From an uncultured delta proteobacterium (GTDB taxonomy: Bacteria > Myxococcota > UBA727 > VGSZ01), in NCBI GenBank assembly GCA_963775425.1, contig CAVZJB010000009.1:80616-144615 (forward strand): a DNA stretch of 64,000 bases, in the 5' to 3' direction. Below the pieces are notes generated by a model, which was not told the DNA's origin, searched no databases, and saw only the letters and a list, made by a program, of their open reading frames with translations. Within the stretch, counting starts at the first letter, position 1. Each line of letters opens with the position of its first letter. Made by a program: the position numbers and the translations under genes. Below are positions 43,405 to 51,891 of the stretch, piece after piece.

Positions 43405-45156
43405 ATGAGCATGACCGTCGCCGCCGCCAGGAAGTTCCTCGCCGAAGACCCCGACGCGGACACCCGCGCCGAGCTCACCGCCCTCCTCGAGCGCGTCGAA
43501 GCCGGCGACGCCGCGGCGCGCGCGGATCTCGACGAGCGGTTCTCGGGCACCCTCGAGTTCGGCACCGCGGGGCTGCGCGGCAAGGTCGAGGCGGGCACCA
43601 TGCGCATGAACCGCGTCGTCGTCATCAAGGCGACGTGGGGCCTCGGCACGTATCTGCTGGAGAACGTCGAGGGCGTGCCCACGCGAGGCGTGGTGATCGG
43701 CTTCGACGGCCGGTTGACCTCGCGCCAGTTCGCCGAGGACGCGGCGGCGGTGCTCGCGGCCCTGCGCATCCCGGTGCACATCGCGGTGGACCCGATCTCC
43801 ACGCCGCAGTGCGCGTTCACCGTCGAGAAGCTGAAGGCGGCGGCGGGCATCATGGTCACGGCGTCGCACAACCCGCCCGCGGACAACGGCTACAAGGTCT
43901 ATTGGGGCAACGCCGCCCAGATCATCCCGCCCCACGACACCGGCATCGCCGCGTGCATCGCGCGGGCGCCGGCGTGCAACGAGATCGAGCGCACGTCGCC
44001 GCCCGACGCAGCGGGCAAGGGCCTGCGCCGCCTGCTGTCCGACGATGTCGAGCGCGCGTACCTCGACGGCGTCCGCGCCCTGGCTTGGCACAAGCCGGCG
44101 GCCCCGCTGTCGTCGGGCGGGAAGCCGTTGACGGTGCGGGCCGGGGACCCGGTGCCGCTGCGCATCGTGTACACGGCGATGCACGGCGTCGGACACCGCT
44201 GCGCCATTCGCGCGCTCCACGAGGCCGGCTTCGACGGCGTCGTCGACGTGCCGAAGCAGGCGGACCCCGACGGCACGTTTCGCACGGTGGCGTTCCCGAA
44301 CCCCGAGGAGAAGGGCGCCCTCGATCTCGCGCTCGCGCTCGCCAAGGAGAGCGACTCCGAGATCATCCTCGCCAACGACCCCGACGCCGACCGCCTCGCC
44401 GTGTGCGTGCGCGAGGAGGGCCGCTGGCGGATGCTGACGGGCAACGAGATCGGCATCCTGCTCGCCGCGGATGCGCTCGACCACGCTCCCGTGCCGGACG
44501 GCGCGAAGAAGCTCGTGATCACCACCATCGTGTCGTCGACGTTCCTGTCGCGCATGGCCAAGGACAAGGGCGCGGCGTACGCGGAGACGCTGACGGGCTT
44601 CAAGTGGATCGCCAACAAGGCGATGGAGCGCCTGAGCGAAAACGAGGTCTTCGTGTGCGGCTACGAGGAGGCGCTCGGCTACTCCCTCGGGCCGCTGGTG
44701 CGCGACAAGGACGGCATCGGCGCCGCGGTGCGCTTTGCGGAGATGACGCGCTCGCTGAAGGCGCAGGGCATCACGCTCGGGCAGCGCCTCGACGCGCTCG
44801 CCGTCGCCCACGGCCTGTCCCACGCCGTGAACTGGTCGGTGACCATGCCGGGCGCGGCGGGCATGGAGAAGATCAAGGGCGCCATGGCGTCCTTGCGCAA
44901 GGAGCCCATCCAGTCGCTCGACGGCGAGGCGGTGGAGCGCTTCGTGGATCTCTCGCCGGGCGCCGACGTCGTCGTGTTCCACACGAAGGACGGCGCGCGG
45001 CTGACGGTGCGGCCGTCGGGGACGGAGCCGAAGATCAAGATGTACTTCGAGATGGTGGCGCGGGTGCCGCACGAAAAAGAGATCGCGCCGGCGCGCGCGC
45101 GCCTCGAGGAGCGCGGGCAGCGCGTGAAGGCCGAGGTCAACAAGCGCCTGTTCTGA
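43405..45156 (+). CDS. Phospho-sugar mutase of the phosphoglucomutase/phosphomannomutase family
   Basis: It has the active-site Ser loop (TASHNPPADNGYKV), the metal-binding loop (DPDADR) and the sugar-binding loop (CGYEEALGY). Confidence 0.8.
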   Translation: MSMTVAAARKFLAEDPDADTRAELTALLERVEAGDAAARADLDERFSGTLEFGTAGLRGKVEAGTMRMNRVVVIKATWGLGTYLLENVEGVPTRGVVIGFDGRLTSRQFAEDAAAVLAALRIPVHIAVDPISTPQCAFTVEKLKAAAGIMVTASHNPPADNGYKVYWGNAAQIIPPHDTGIAACIARAPACNEIERTSPPDAAGKGLRRLLSDDVERAYLDGVRALAWHKPAAPLSSGGKPLTVRAGDPVPLRIVYTAMHGVGHRCAIRALHEAGFDGVVDVPKQADPDGTFRTVAFPNPEEKGALDLALALAKESDSEIILANDPDADRLAVCVREEGRWRMLTGNEIGILLAADALDHAPVPDGAKKLVITTIVSSTFLSRMAKDKGAAYAETLTGFKWIANKAMERLSENEVFVCGYEEALGYSLGPLVRDKDGIGAAVRFAEMTRSLKAQGITLGQRLDALAVAHGLSHAVNWSVTMPGAAGMEKIKGAMASLRKEPIQSLDGEAVERFVDLSPGADVVVFHTKDGARLTVRPSGTEPKIKMYFEMVARVPHEKEIAPARARLEERGQRVKAEVNKRLF

Positions 45157-45248
45157 GGGCCCGCCGACGTGCTTCGCCACGTTGTCCGCACGGCCCCTTG
45201 GGCGGCTCCGCCGCGCGCTGCTCCGAGCGCGTTGGTTGCGTCAGCCCG

Positions 45249-46874
45249 TCACTCCTTCGGCTTGGGCGGGACGGGCTCGAGGATGAGACCGAGGTCCTCG
45301 GCGCTCGGGATGGGCGCGGCGATGCCGGGCTGGATGCGCGTCCTCTCCTCGGGCTCCTCGTCGACGTCCTCTCTGCGCCGACGCATGGGCAGGCCGACGG
45401 GGATCACCGGGATCACCGGGACGACGGGCACCGCCGACGCCGCGCCGCGACCGGCGATCGGTGACGCGCCGCGGATGCCGGCGGCGGACCTCATCTTCGC
45501 GGGCGGAGCGGCGGCCGCGGCCGCGGCCTGCAGCAGCGCGGGGTCGGCGATCGTGGTCATCTCGACGCTCTCGTCGCGGAGCTGCGGGAAGGCGGCGCCG
45601 GGGGGCGGCTCGAGGTCGTCGACGGGCGGTGGCGCGGCGCGTGGCGCGAAGCCGCGCGGCGTCACCGCGGGCGGCTCCGGCTCGGCTTGCGCCTCCGCCG
45701 CGGCGAGGAGCATCGCGGCGTCGGCGACCATGGTCATGTCGATGCCGTCGTCGTGGACGTCGTCGAACACGGCGCCGGCGCCCGCGTCGACCTCGATGTC
45801 GGCGTAGGCGTCGGGGGCGCGCGCGGCGGGCGCGTCCTTCGGCTGCGGCCCGCCACGGTACACGCCGGTGTCGTCGCGAGGCCGCACCACGGGCGACGGC
45901 GCGGGGGGCTCGGAGATCTCGTCGAGCAGACGGTCGCGCGCCGGGCTCGTGTGCACCTCGTCGGTGCGCTCGCTGTCCTCGAAGGACGCGCCGTCCGTGT
46001 GGATGTCGAGGTCGAGCTCCGGCACCTGCGGCTGCTTCGGCGCGGGCATCGACAGGCCGCGCAGCGCGCGCTCGATGCACTCGAGCGCCTCCGCGTGGGT
46101 CTTCACGCGCTTGCTGCGGTCCTTCTCCAGGAGGCGATCGACGAGGTCGACGAGGCCCTGCGGACCCGGCACCGACGCGGCCAGCGACGGCGGCGGCGTG
46201 CTCACCTGCGCATGCAGGAGCGACGCGGGGCTCCCCACGAACGGCGTCTTGCCCGTGACGCACTCGTACAGGACGCAGCCCAGCGCGTAGAGATCGCTGA
46301 GCGGGTCCGGCGGCGTGCCGACGAGGATCTCCGGCGCCAGGTACGCCGGCGTGCCGCGCACCGACTCCGTGCCCTCCACCGGCGCCGGCAGCAGGAAGTC
46401 GCCGAGCTTGGCGCGGCGCAGGTCGCCCTCGGGCAAGAGCACGTTGCGCGGCTGGACGTCGCCATGCGCGAGGCCGACCGACCAACCCGCCTGTAGCCCG
46501 AGGCAGATCGCGCGCGCCACCTCGAGGGCCTCGGCGCTCTTGAGCGGGCCGCGCTCGAGGCGCGCGGCGAGGCTCTCGCCCTCGACGAGCTCCATCACGA
46601 CGTACGGCACGTTGTTGTAGACGGACACGTCGTTCACGCGCACGACGTGCGGTGAGCTGATCTTCTCCACGAGCAAACGGTCGCGCATCAAGCGGTCGCC
46701 GGCCGCGGCGCGCCTGGTGCGCAGCACCTTGATGGCGACCTGCGCGTCGTCGGCGTCGAGGTCCGCGAGGCGGCAGACGAAGACACGTCCGACGGCGCCG
46801 CCTCCAATGAGGCGCACGATGCGGTGCTTCCCGATGGTCGCACCGAGGACCGTGGAGCTCTTGGCGTCGGCCAT
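45249..46874 (-). CDS. Hanks-type Ser/Thr protein kinase-like protein with non-canonical catalytic motifs (possible pseudokinase) and a long Pro/Ala-rich C-terminal tail
   Basis: The Gly-loop (GGGAVGRVF), VAIK and APE (PAYLAPE) motifs are present. The HRDLKPxN motif is replaced by HGDVQPRN and DFG by DFL. Confidence 0.7.
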   Translation of the reverse strand: MADAKSSTVLGATIGKHRIVRLIGGGAVGRVFVCRLADLDADDAQVAIKVLRTRRAAAGDRLMRDRLLVEKISSPHVVRVNDVSVYNNVPYVVMELVEGESLAARLERGPLKSAEALEVARAICLGLQAGWSVGLAHGDVQPRNVLLPEGDLRRAKLGDFLLPAPVEGTESVRGTPAYLAPEILVGTPPDPLSDLYALGCVLYECVTGKTPFVGSPASLLHAQVSTPPPSLAASVPGPQGLVDLVDRLLEKDRSKRVKTHAEALECIERALRGLSMPAPKQPQVPELDLDIHTDGASFEDSERTDEVHTSPARDRLLDEISEPPAPSPVVRPRDDTGVYRGGPQPKDAPAARAPDAYADIEVDAGAGAVFDDVHDDGIDMTMVADAAMLLAAAEAQAEPEPPAVTPRGFAPRAAPPPVDDLEPPPGAAFPQLRDESVEMTTIADPALLQAAAAAAAPPAKMRSAAGIRGASPIAGRGAASAVPVVPVIPVIPVGLPMRRRREDVDEEPEERTRIQPGIAAPIPSAEDLGLILEPVPPKPKE

Positions 46875-46978
46875 CTCACCGGTTGTATCCCCCCACCTGC
46901 GACGAGGAAAGAACGCGAACGATGTGGCTCGACCGTTTTCGCGCTCGTGCGCGGCCTTTTTGTTCGTATGCTGCACCC

Positions 46979-47839
46979 ATGGACGATCGCGCGCGGGGCA
47001 TCCAGTTCGTCCTCGTCGTCACCCTGGTGCTGAACGTCGCCGTCGCGCTCTCCAAGATCCTCTACGGCGTGTGGGCGGAATCGCTCTCCATCCGCGCCGA
47101 CGGCTTTCACTCCGCCACCGACGGCCTGAACAACGTGGTCCTGCTCGTGGGCACGTGGCTCGCCGCCCGGCCCCCCGATCGCGAGCATCCGTATGGGCAC
47201 AAGAAGCTCGAGGTGTTCGCCGCCGGCGCGGTGGGCATCGGCCTCCTCGTGGTCGCCGCCGACGTCGTCCGCGACGTCATCGGGCGCGTGCGCGGGACCA
47301 TGGAGCCCCCGCACATCAACGTGGGCGCCTTCGCGGTCCTCGGGGGCACGCTGGCGGTGAACGTCGGCGTCTCGCTGTGGGAGGCGCGGGTGGGCAAGCG
47401 GCTCATGAGCCCCGCCTTGCTGTCGGACGCGGCGCACACGCGCAGCGACGTCGTGGTCACCGTCGGCGTTTCGCTGTCGGCGCTGCTCGTGCGCTTCGGC
47501 TTCGTGTGGGTCGACGCCGTCGCCGGCGCCGCCGTCGCGGTCTTCATCGGGATCACGGGCGTGCGCATCGTGAAGGAGAACGCCAGCTACCTCATGGACA
47601 CCAACCTCGTCGACGTCGACCGCGTCGTCGCCCTCGCGCTCACCGTCGAGGGCGTGCGCGCCGCGCGCGACGTGCGCTCGCGAGGCTCGCCGGGCAACGT
47701 GTTCGTGGACATGGCCATCGCCGTCGACGGCGGCGTCCCCGTGGAGCGCGCACACAGCCTGGCCCATCGCGTCGAGGACAGCGTGCGCAAGGAGATCCCG
47801 GGGATCGCGGGCGTGCAGGTCCACGTGGAGCCCGCCTAG
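46979..47839 (+). CDS. Cation diffusion facilitator (CDF) family metal efflux transporter
   Basis: The TM domain carries HSATDGLNN and HxxxD-type motifs, followed by the C-terminal cytoplasmic domain (…VHVEPA). Confidence 0.8.
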   Translation: MDDRARGIQFVLVVTLVLNVAVALSKILYGVWAESLSIRADGFHSATDGLNNVVLLVGTWLAARPPDREHPYGHKKLEVFAAGAVGIGLLVVAADVVRDVIGRVRGTMEPPHINVGAFAVLGGTLAVNVGVSLWEARVGKRLMSPALLSDAAHTRSDVVVTVGVSLSALLVRFGFVWVDAVAGAAVAVFIGITGVRIVKENASYLMDTNLVDVDRVVALALTVEGVRAARDVRSRGSPGNVFVDMAIAVDGGVPVERAHSLAHRVEDSVRKEIPGIAGVQVHVEPA

Positions 47840-48085
47840 AGAAGTGACCGCATAGCCGCCGTGGAGGGCGGTCGCGCCCGTGACAAGGGCGTGCGCAACA
47901 ACGAGCTCGACCTGACCGCGCCGCGGCCGTGATCAACCTGCAAGAGATCGCCAAGCTCCGCCGCGCGGCGTCGCAGAGCCCGCGCCGGGTCCCGTCGTCG
48001 GTGCGCACGAGAGCCCTGCACATCGCCACGAAGTCGCCACAGCGACACCGCTCCAAATGCCGACAACGTCGTCACCGCGCCGCGC

Positions 48086-48601
48086 TCACGGGCATTGCAG
48101 GTCGGAAGCCGAGGGATCCGTCGTGGTGCACGCGCGGACGGCGACGTCGACGTCGCCGGTGCGCTGCAGCACCGTGACCGAGCGCAGGGCGAGGGGCCCG
48201 GCGCCGTGGCAGGTCTCGGAGGCGCTGGTGGCGACGACGAGGTTCGCGCCGACGGCGAACACCCCGTCGACGTCGACGGTGTCGAGGCGGTCGAGCACGA
48301 GGACCTCCTCGTTCGCGAAGTCGACGTCGACGCTGCCCGACGCGCAGGAAAACGAGTCGAGCAGCTCCTGCTCCGAGCCGAACACGTGCGCCTGCGTCGC
48401 CGACAGCTCCGCGGGGGCGGTGTCGGCGGAGCAGGCGGGGTCGAGGTCGGCGTGGAACGGGAGCCGCTCGACGGGATCGGCCTTGTCGACGCTGGGCCCG
48501 GTGCACGTCGTCTCCGGAGCCGGGGCAGGACCGCCGCACGCCCCAATGAGGGCGAGCACGACGGCGGCGGCGGCGATCGGGAGGGATCCGGGGAGGCGCA
48601 T
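48086..48601 (-). CDS. Small lipoprotein, hypothetical
   Basis: It has a lipobox (AAAVVLALIGAC) and high GC3. It is the real C-terminal part of the 619-aa tool ORF. Confidence 0.5.
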   Translation of the reverse strand: MRLPGSLPIAAAAVVLALIGACGGPAPAPETTCTGPSVDKADPVERLPFHADLDPACSADTAPAELSATQAHVFGSEQELLDSFSCASGSVDVDFANEEVLVLDRLDTVDVDGVFAVGANLVVATSASETCHGAGPLALRSVTVLQRTGDVDVAVRACTTTDPSASDLQCP

Positions 48602-48658
48602 CACCCGACGTTGCCAGGCGCGCGGCCTTCGTGCACCCTCCGGACCTCGGAGGTCTCC

Positions 48659-50104
48659 ATGAGCGTGCTCATCACCGGTGGCCGGGTGGTCACCGCCACC
48701 GACGACTACTTCGCCGACGTCTTCATCGACAACGACACCGTCACCGCCATCGGCAAGGATCTCGCCGGCACGCTGCCGGCGGCCAAGGGCGCCACCGTCG
48801 TCGACGCCAAGGGCAAGCTCGTCATCCCCGGCGGCATCGATCCGCACACGCACATGGACATGCCGTTCGGCGGCACCAGCTCGTCGGACGACTTCGAGAC
48901 GGGGACCATCGCCGCGGCGTTCGGCGGCACCACCACCATCGTGGACTTCGCCATCCAGCAAAAGGGCGAGTCCACGCTCAAGGGCCTCGAGAAGTGGCAC
49001 CAGAAGGCCGAGGGCAAGGCCACCATCGACTACGGCTTCCACATGATCATCACGGACATGCCCGACGAGCGGCTGCCCGAGATGAAGCGCCTCAGCGACG
49101 AGGGGCTCACGTCGTACAAGCTCTTCATGGCGTATCCCGGCGTGTTCTACGTCGACGACGGCACGCTGTACCGCACCTTCCGCCAGGCCGGGGAGAACGG
49201 CACGCGCATCTCGATGCACGCCGAAAACGGCATCGTCATCGACGAGATCATCAAGGCCGCGGTGAAGGACGGAAAGGTCCAGCCGAGGTTCCACGCCAAG
49301 ACGCGACCCACGCGCATGGAGGCGGAGGGCGTGCACCGCGCCATCGCCATCGCCGAGGTGGCGGGCGTGCCGCTGTACATCGTGCACTTGTCGTCGGCGG
49401 ACGCGCTCGAAGAGGTGAAGCTGGCGCGGATGCGGGGCGTGGACGTGCAGGCGGAGACGTGCCCGCAGTACCTCTTCCTCGACGAGACCTCCTACGACAA
49501 GGAGGGCTTCGAGGGCGCCAAGTGGGTGATGACGCCGGCCCTGCGCGAGAAGTGGAACCAGGACGTCCTGTGGCAGGGGCTCAAGTACAACCACCTCTCG
49601 GCGATCGCGACGGACCACTGCCCGTTCTGCTTCAACGGCGCGTGGAAGCCCGGTGACCCGGCGCCGGAGCGGCCGGGCAAGGAGCTCGGGCGCGAGAGCT
49701 TCACCAAGATCCCCAACGGCGCGCCCGGCGTCGAGAACCGCATGGCGCTCATGTACCACGGCGGCGTCGTCGAGGGCCGCATCTCGCTGAATCGCTTCGT
49801 GGAGCTGACGTCGACGTCGGCGGCCAAGACCTTCGGCTTGTTCCCGAAGAAGGGCACCATCGCGGTGGGCAGCGACGCCGACATCGTGGTCTTCGATCCC
49901 AACCGCACCGAGACCATCTCCATCAAGAACGACAAGACGCACCACATGCGGGTCGACTTCTCGGCCTACGAGGGCTTCACGGTGAAGGGCTACCCCGACA
50001 CCGTCATCTCCCGCGGCCGCATCATCGTCGACAAGGGCTCTCAGAAGACCAAGGGCGGCGGCCGCTTCATCAAGCGCGCCCGCGCGAGCGAGCTGCTTCG
50101 ATGA
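48659..50104 (+). CDS. Dihydropyrimidinase / D-hydantoinase, a cyclic amidohydrolase
   Basis: It has the metal ligands (GGIDPHTHMDMPFGG…, carbamylated-Lys region FKLFMAY) and hydantoinase-family conservation. A GGAGG RBS sits upstream. Confidence 0.85.
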   Translation: MSVLITGGRVVTATDDYFADVFIDNDTVTAIGKDLAGTLPAAKGATVVDAKGKLVIPGGIDPHTHMDMPFGGTSSSDDFETGTIAAAFGGTTTIVDFAIQQKGESTLKGLEKWHQKAEGKATIDYGFHMIITDMPDERLPEMKRLSDEGLTSYKLFMAYPGVFYVDDGTLYRTFRQAGENGTRISMHAENGIVIDEIIKAAVKDGKVQPRFHAKTRPTRMEAEGVHRAIAIAEVAGVPLYIVHLSSADALEEVKLARMRGVDVQAETCPQYLFLDETSYDKEGFEGAKWVMTPALREKWNQDVLWQGLKYNHLSAIATDHCPFCFNGAWKPGDPAPERPGKELGRESFTKIPNGAPGVENRMALMYHGGVVEGRISLNRFVELTSTSAAKTFGLFPKKGTIAVGSDADIVVFDPNRTETISIKNDKTHHMRVDFSAYEGFTVKGYPDTVISRGRIIVDKGSQKTKGGGRFIKRARASELLR

Positions 50105-51240
50105 CGAAGAAGCGTCCGTCGAAGAAGAAGCGCCCCGCGGCCAAGAAGGCCCGCGTGTCGAAGAAGAAGGCGCGGACGTCGTCGCAGAAGAAGAAGAAAG
50201 TGCGCACGTCGTCCAAGAAGAAGGCGCGGACGTCGTCGAAGAAGAAGAAGAAAGCGCGCGCGCCGTCGAAGAAGAAGGCGACGGCCGCGAAGCGGCGCGC
50301 GGGCACGAAGAAGCGCACCGCGAAGCGGACGGGCAGGCGCTCCCCCTCGAGGCCGGCGCGCGCGTATCGGATCGGCACGGCCGCCTGGTCGCGTGACGGC
50401 CGCGTGTTGGCCACGGCGGCGGGCAAGCGCATCTACGTCTGGGACGTGAGCCGCGCAGCGCCCAAGAAGATCGGGAGCTTCCTGACGCAGGTGGACGCGT
50501 CGCGCATCGCCGTCGACGCCGACGGCTCGCGCGTCGCCGCCGCCGTCGCCGGCTTCTCGGAGGTGCGGATCCGCGCGGCGTCCACCGGCGCGCTGCTGCA
50601 CGAGATCCACGCCCGCGGCGCCGTCACCTGCTTCGGCTTCGCCCCCGACGGCCGCTTCGTCCTCGGCGAGGTCGAGCGCATCGGCGAGCAGGGCCTTCAC
50701 GCGCGCAGCTACGTCACGCTCGTCGACCTCCTCACGGGCGCGGAGCTGTTCCGCACGGCGGTCATCGACCTGCCCATCCGCGAGATCGCGTTTTCGGCCG
50801 ACGGCCTGCTTTTGTTCCTCGGCTTCGGCGGGGGCATCGTCGTGGTCTTCGACCTCGAGGCGCGCCGCGAGCTGTTTCGCTTCCCGTCTCTCGACGAGCG
50901 CGAGATCGGCGCGCGCATCGCCGCCGCGTTCGCCTTCAGCCGCGACGGCCAGCGCGCCGCCATCGGCTACGACAACACCGTCGAGGTGTGGCCCATCGAC
51001 GGCGGCGATCGCCTCGCGCGCATCGACCTCGGGACCAAGGCGTGGTCCGTCGCGCTCACCGACCGCGGCGACGCCGTCATCGCCGGCGCCCCCGCGTCGG
51101 GCGTGTGGTCGCTGCAGGGCAAGAAGGTGGCGTCGCTCGACGTCGCCCACCCCGTGGTGGCCAGCCCCGACGGCAAGCGCGTGCTCGTCGGCGAGCGCAT
51201 CAACCTGAAGAAGGGCCCCGCGCTCGCCCCGGCCGCCTGA
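50101..51240 (+). CDS. WD40/beta-propeller repeat protein with an extremely Lys-rich (KKKAR)n N-terminal tail
   Basis: Its ATGA start overlaps the dihydropyrimidinase stop. The N-terminal ~85 aa are about 45% Lys. Repeated …DG..LA/…VW… blades follow. Confidence 0.6.
   Translation: MTKKRPSKKKRPAAKKARVSKKKARTSSQKKKKVRTSSKKKARTSSKKKKKARAPSKKKATAAKRRAGTKKRTAKRTGRRSPSRPARAYRIGTAAWSRDGRVLATAAGKRIYVWDVSRAAPKKIGSFLTQVDASRIAVDADGSRVAAAVAGFSEVRIRAASTGALLHEIHARGAVTCFGFAPDGRFVLGEVERIGEQGLHARSYVTLVDLLTGAELFRTAVIDLPIREIAFSADGLLLFLGFGGGIVVVFDLEARRELFRFPSLDEREIGARIAAAFAFSRDGQRAAIGYDNTVEVWPIDGGDRLARIDLGTKAWSVALTDRGDAVIAGAPASGVWSLQGKKVASLDVAHPVVASPDGKRVLVGERINLKKGPALAPAA
50118..50282 (+). repeat. Imperfect ~24–27-bp tandem repeats (tcgaagaagaaggcgcggacgtcgtc) encoding the KKKARTSS units
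   Basis: Visible directly in the sequence. Confidence 0.75.
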
Positions 51241-51344
51241 GTCGTCGCCGTCCCTGATCGCCCCGCGCGTTCGACGAGGACCGGCGCCGCTGACCCCGCG
51301 ACGGCGCGCTTGCATTCGTCCGCGAGATGCCTATCGTCCGGCCC

Positions 51345-51752
51345 ATGAAGCGCCTCATCCCCTTCGCTGTCGTCATCGCTGCTGCCGCACTCACGGGCCT
51401 CGCCGGCTGTCACCCCGAGGGCTCGAAGGACCAGGGGAGCGCCGGGGTCCCCGCCCGCGGCGAGGGCGGCTGGTACGACGGCCACGTGAAGCTGCCGGCC
51501 GCGGCGGACACCCCGCCCTCGGCGGAGCCGACGCCGTTCGACGCCGCCAAGGCCGCCGCCGCGCCGACGCTGCCTCCGGCCACCGTGGCCCCCGGTCCGT
51601 CGACGCCGACCGCCGCCGCCCCAGCCGCTGCCGCTCCGGCCGGCGCCGCTCCTGCGGCCGCTGCCGCTCCGGCAGGCGCCGCTCCGGCCGCTGCCGCCGC
51701 TGCGCCCCCGGCGGCGAAGCCCGCGACGCCGGCTCCGGCGGCGACGCCGTAG
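51345..51752 (+). CDS. Lipoprotein with an Ala/Pro-rich low-complexity C-terminus
   Basis: The lipobox is LTGLAGC. A repeated AAPAGAAPAAAAA block is encoded by a ~33-bp direct repeat. Confidence 0.5.
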   Translation: MKRLIPFAVVIAAAALTGLAGCHPEGSKDQGSAGVPARGEGGWYDGHVKLPAAADTPPSAEPTPFDAAKAAAAPTLPPATVAPGPSTPTAAAPAAAAPAGAAPAAAAAPAGAAPAAAAAAPPAAKPATPAPAATP

Positions 51753-51823
51753 CGACGCAGGCTCCGGCGACGCCGGAGCGACGCTGGCGATCAAGCGCGG
51801 CCGCTCCCTCCGGTCGCTGATCA

Positions 51824-51891
51824 GCGGCGGGAGCGATCACGCGGCGGGAGCGATCACGCGGCGGGAGCGCTCACGCGGCGGGAGCGCTCGC
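51824..51891. repeat. 17-bp tandem repeat ×4 (gcggcgggagcgatcac) overlapping the stop codon of the NCS1 gene
   Basis: Two copies are identical and two have 1–2 mismatches. The NCS1 stop codon (TGA, minus strand) lies inside the third copy. The last 6 codons of the gene are themselves repeat sequence. Confidence 0.85.

Noticed and set aside
48086-49945. 619-aa minus-strand ORF
   Set aside because: Its upstream 450 aa are antisense to the dihydropyrimidinase gene. Only the C-terminal lipoprotein part (48086..48601) has a signal peptide and plausible sequence.
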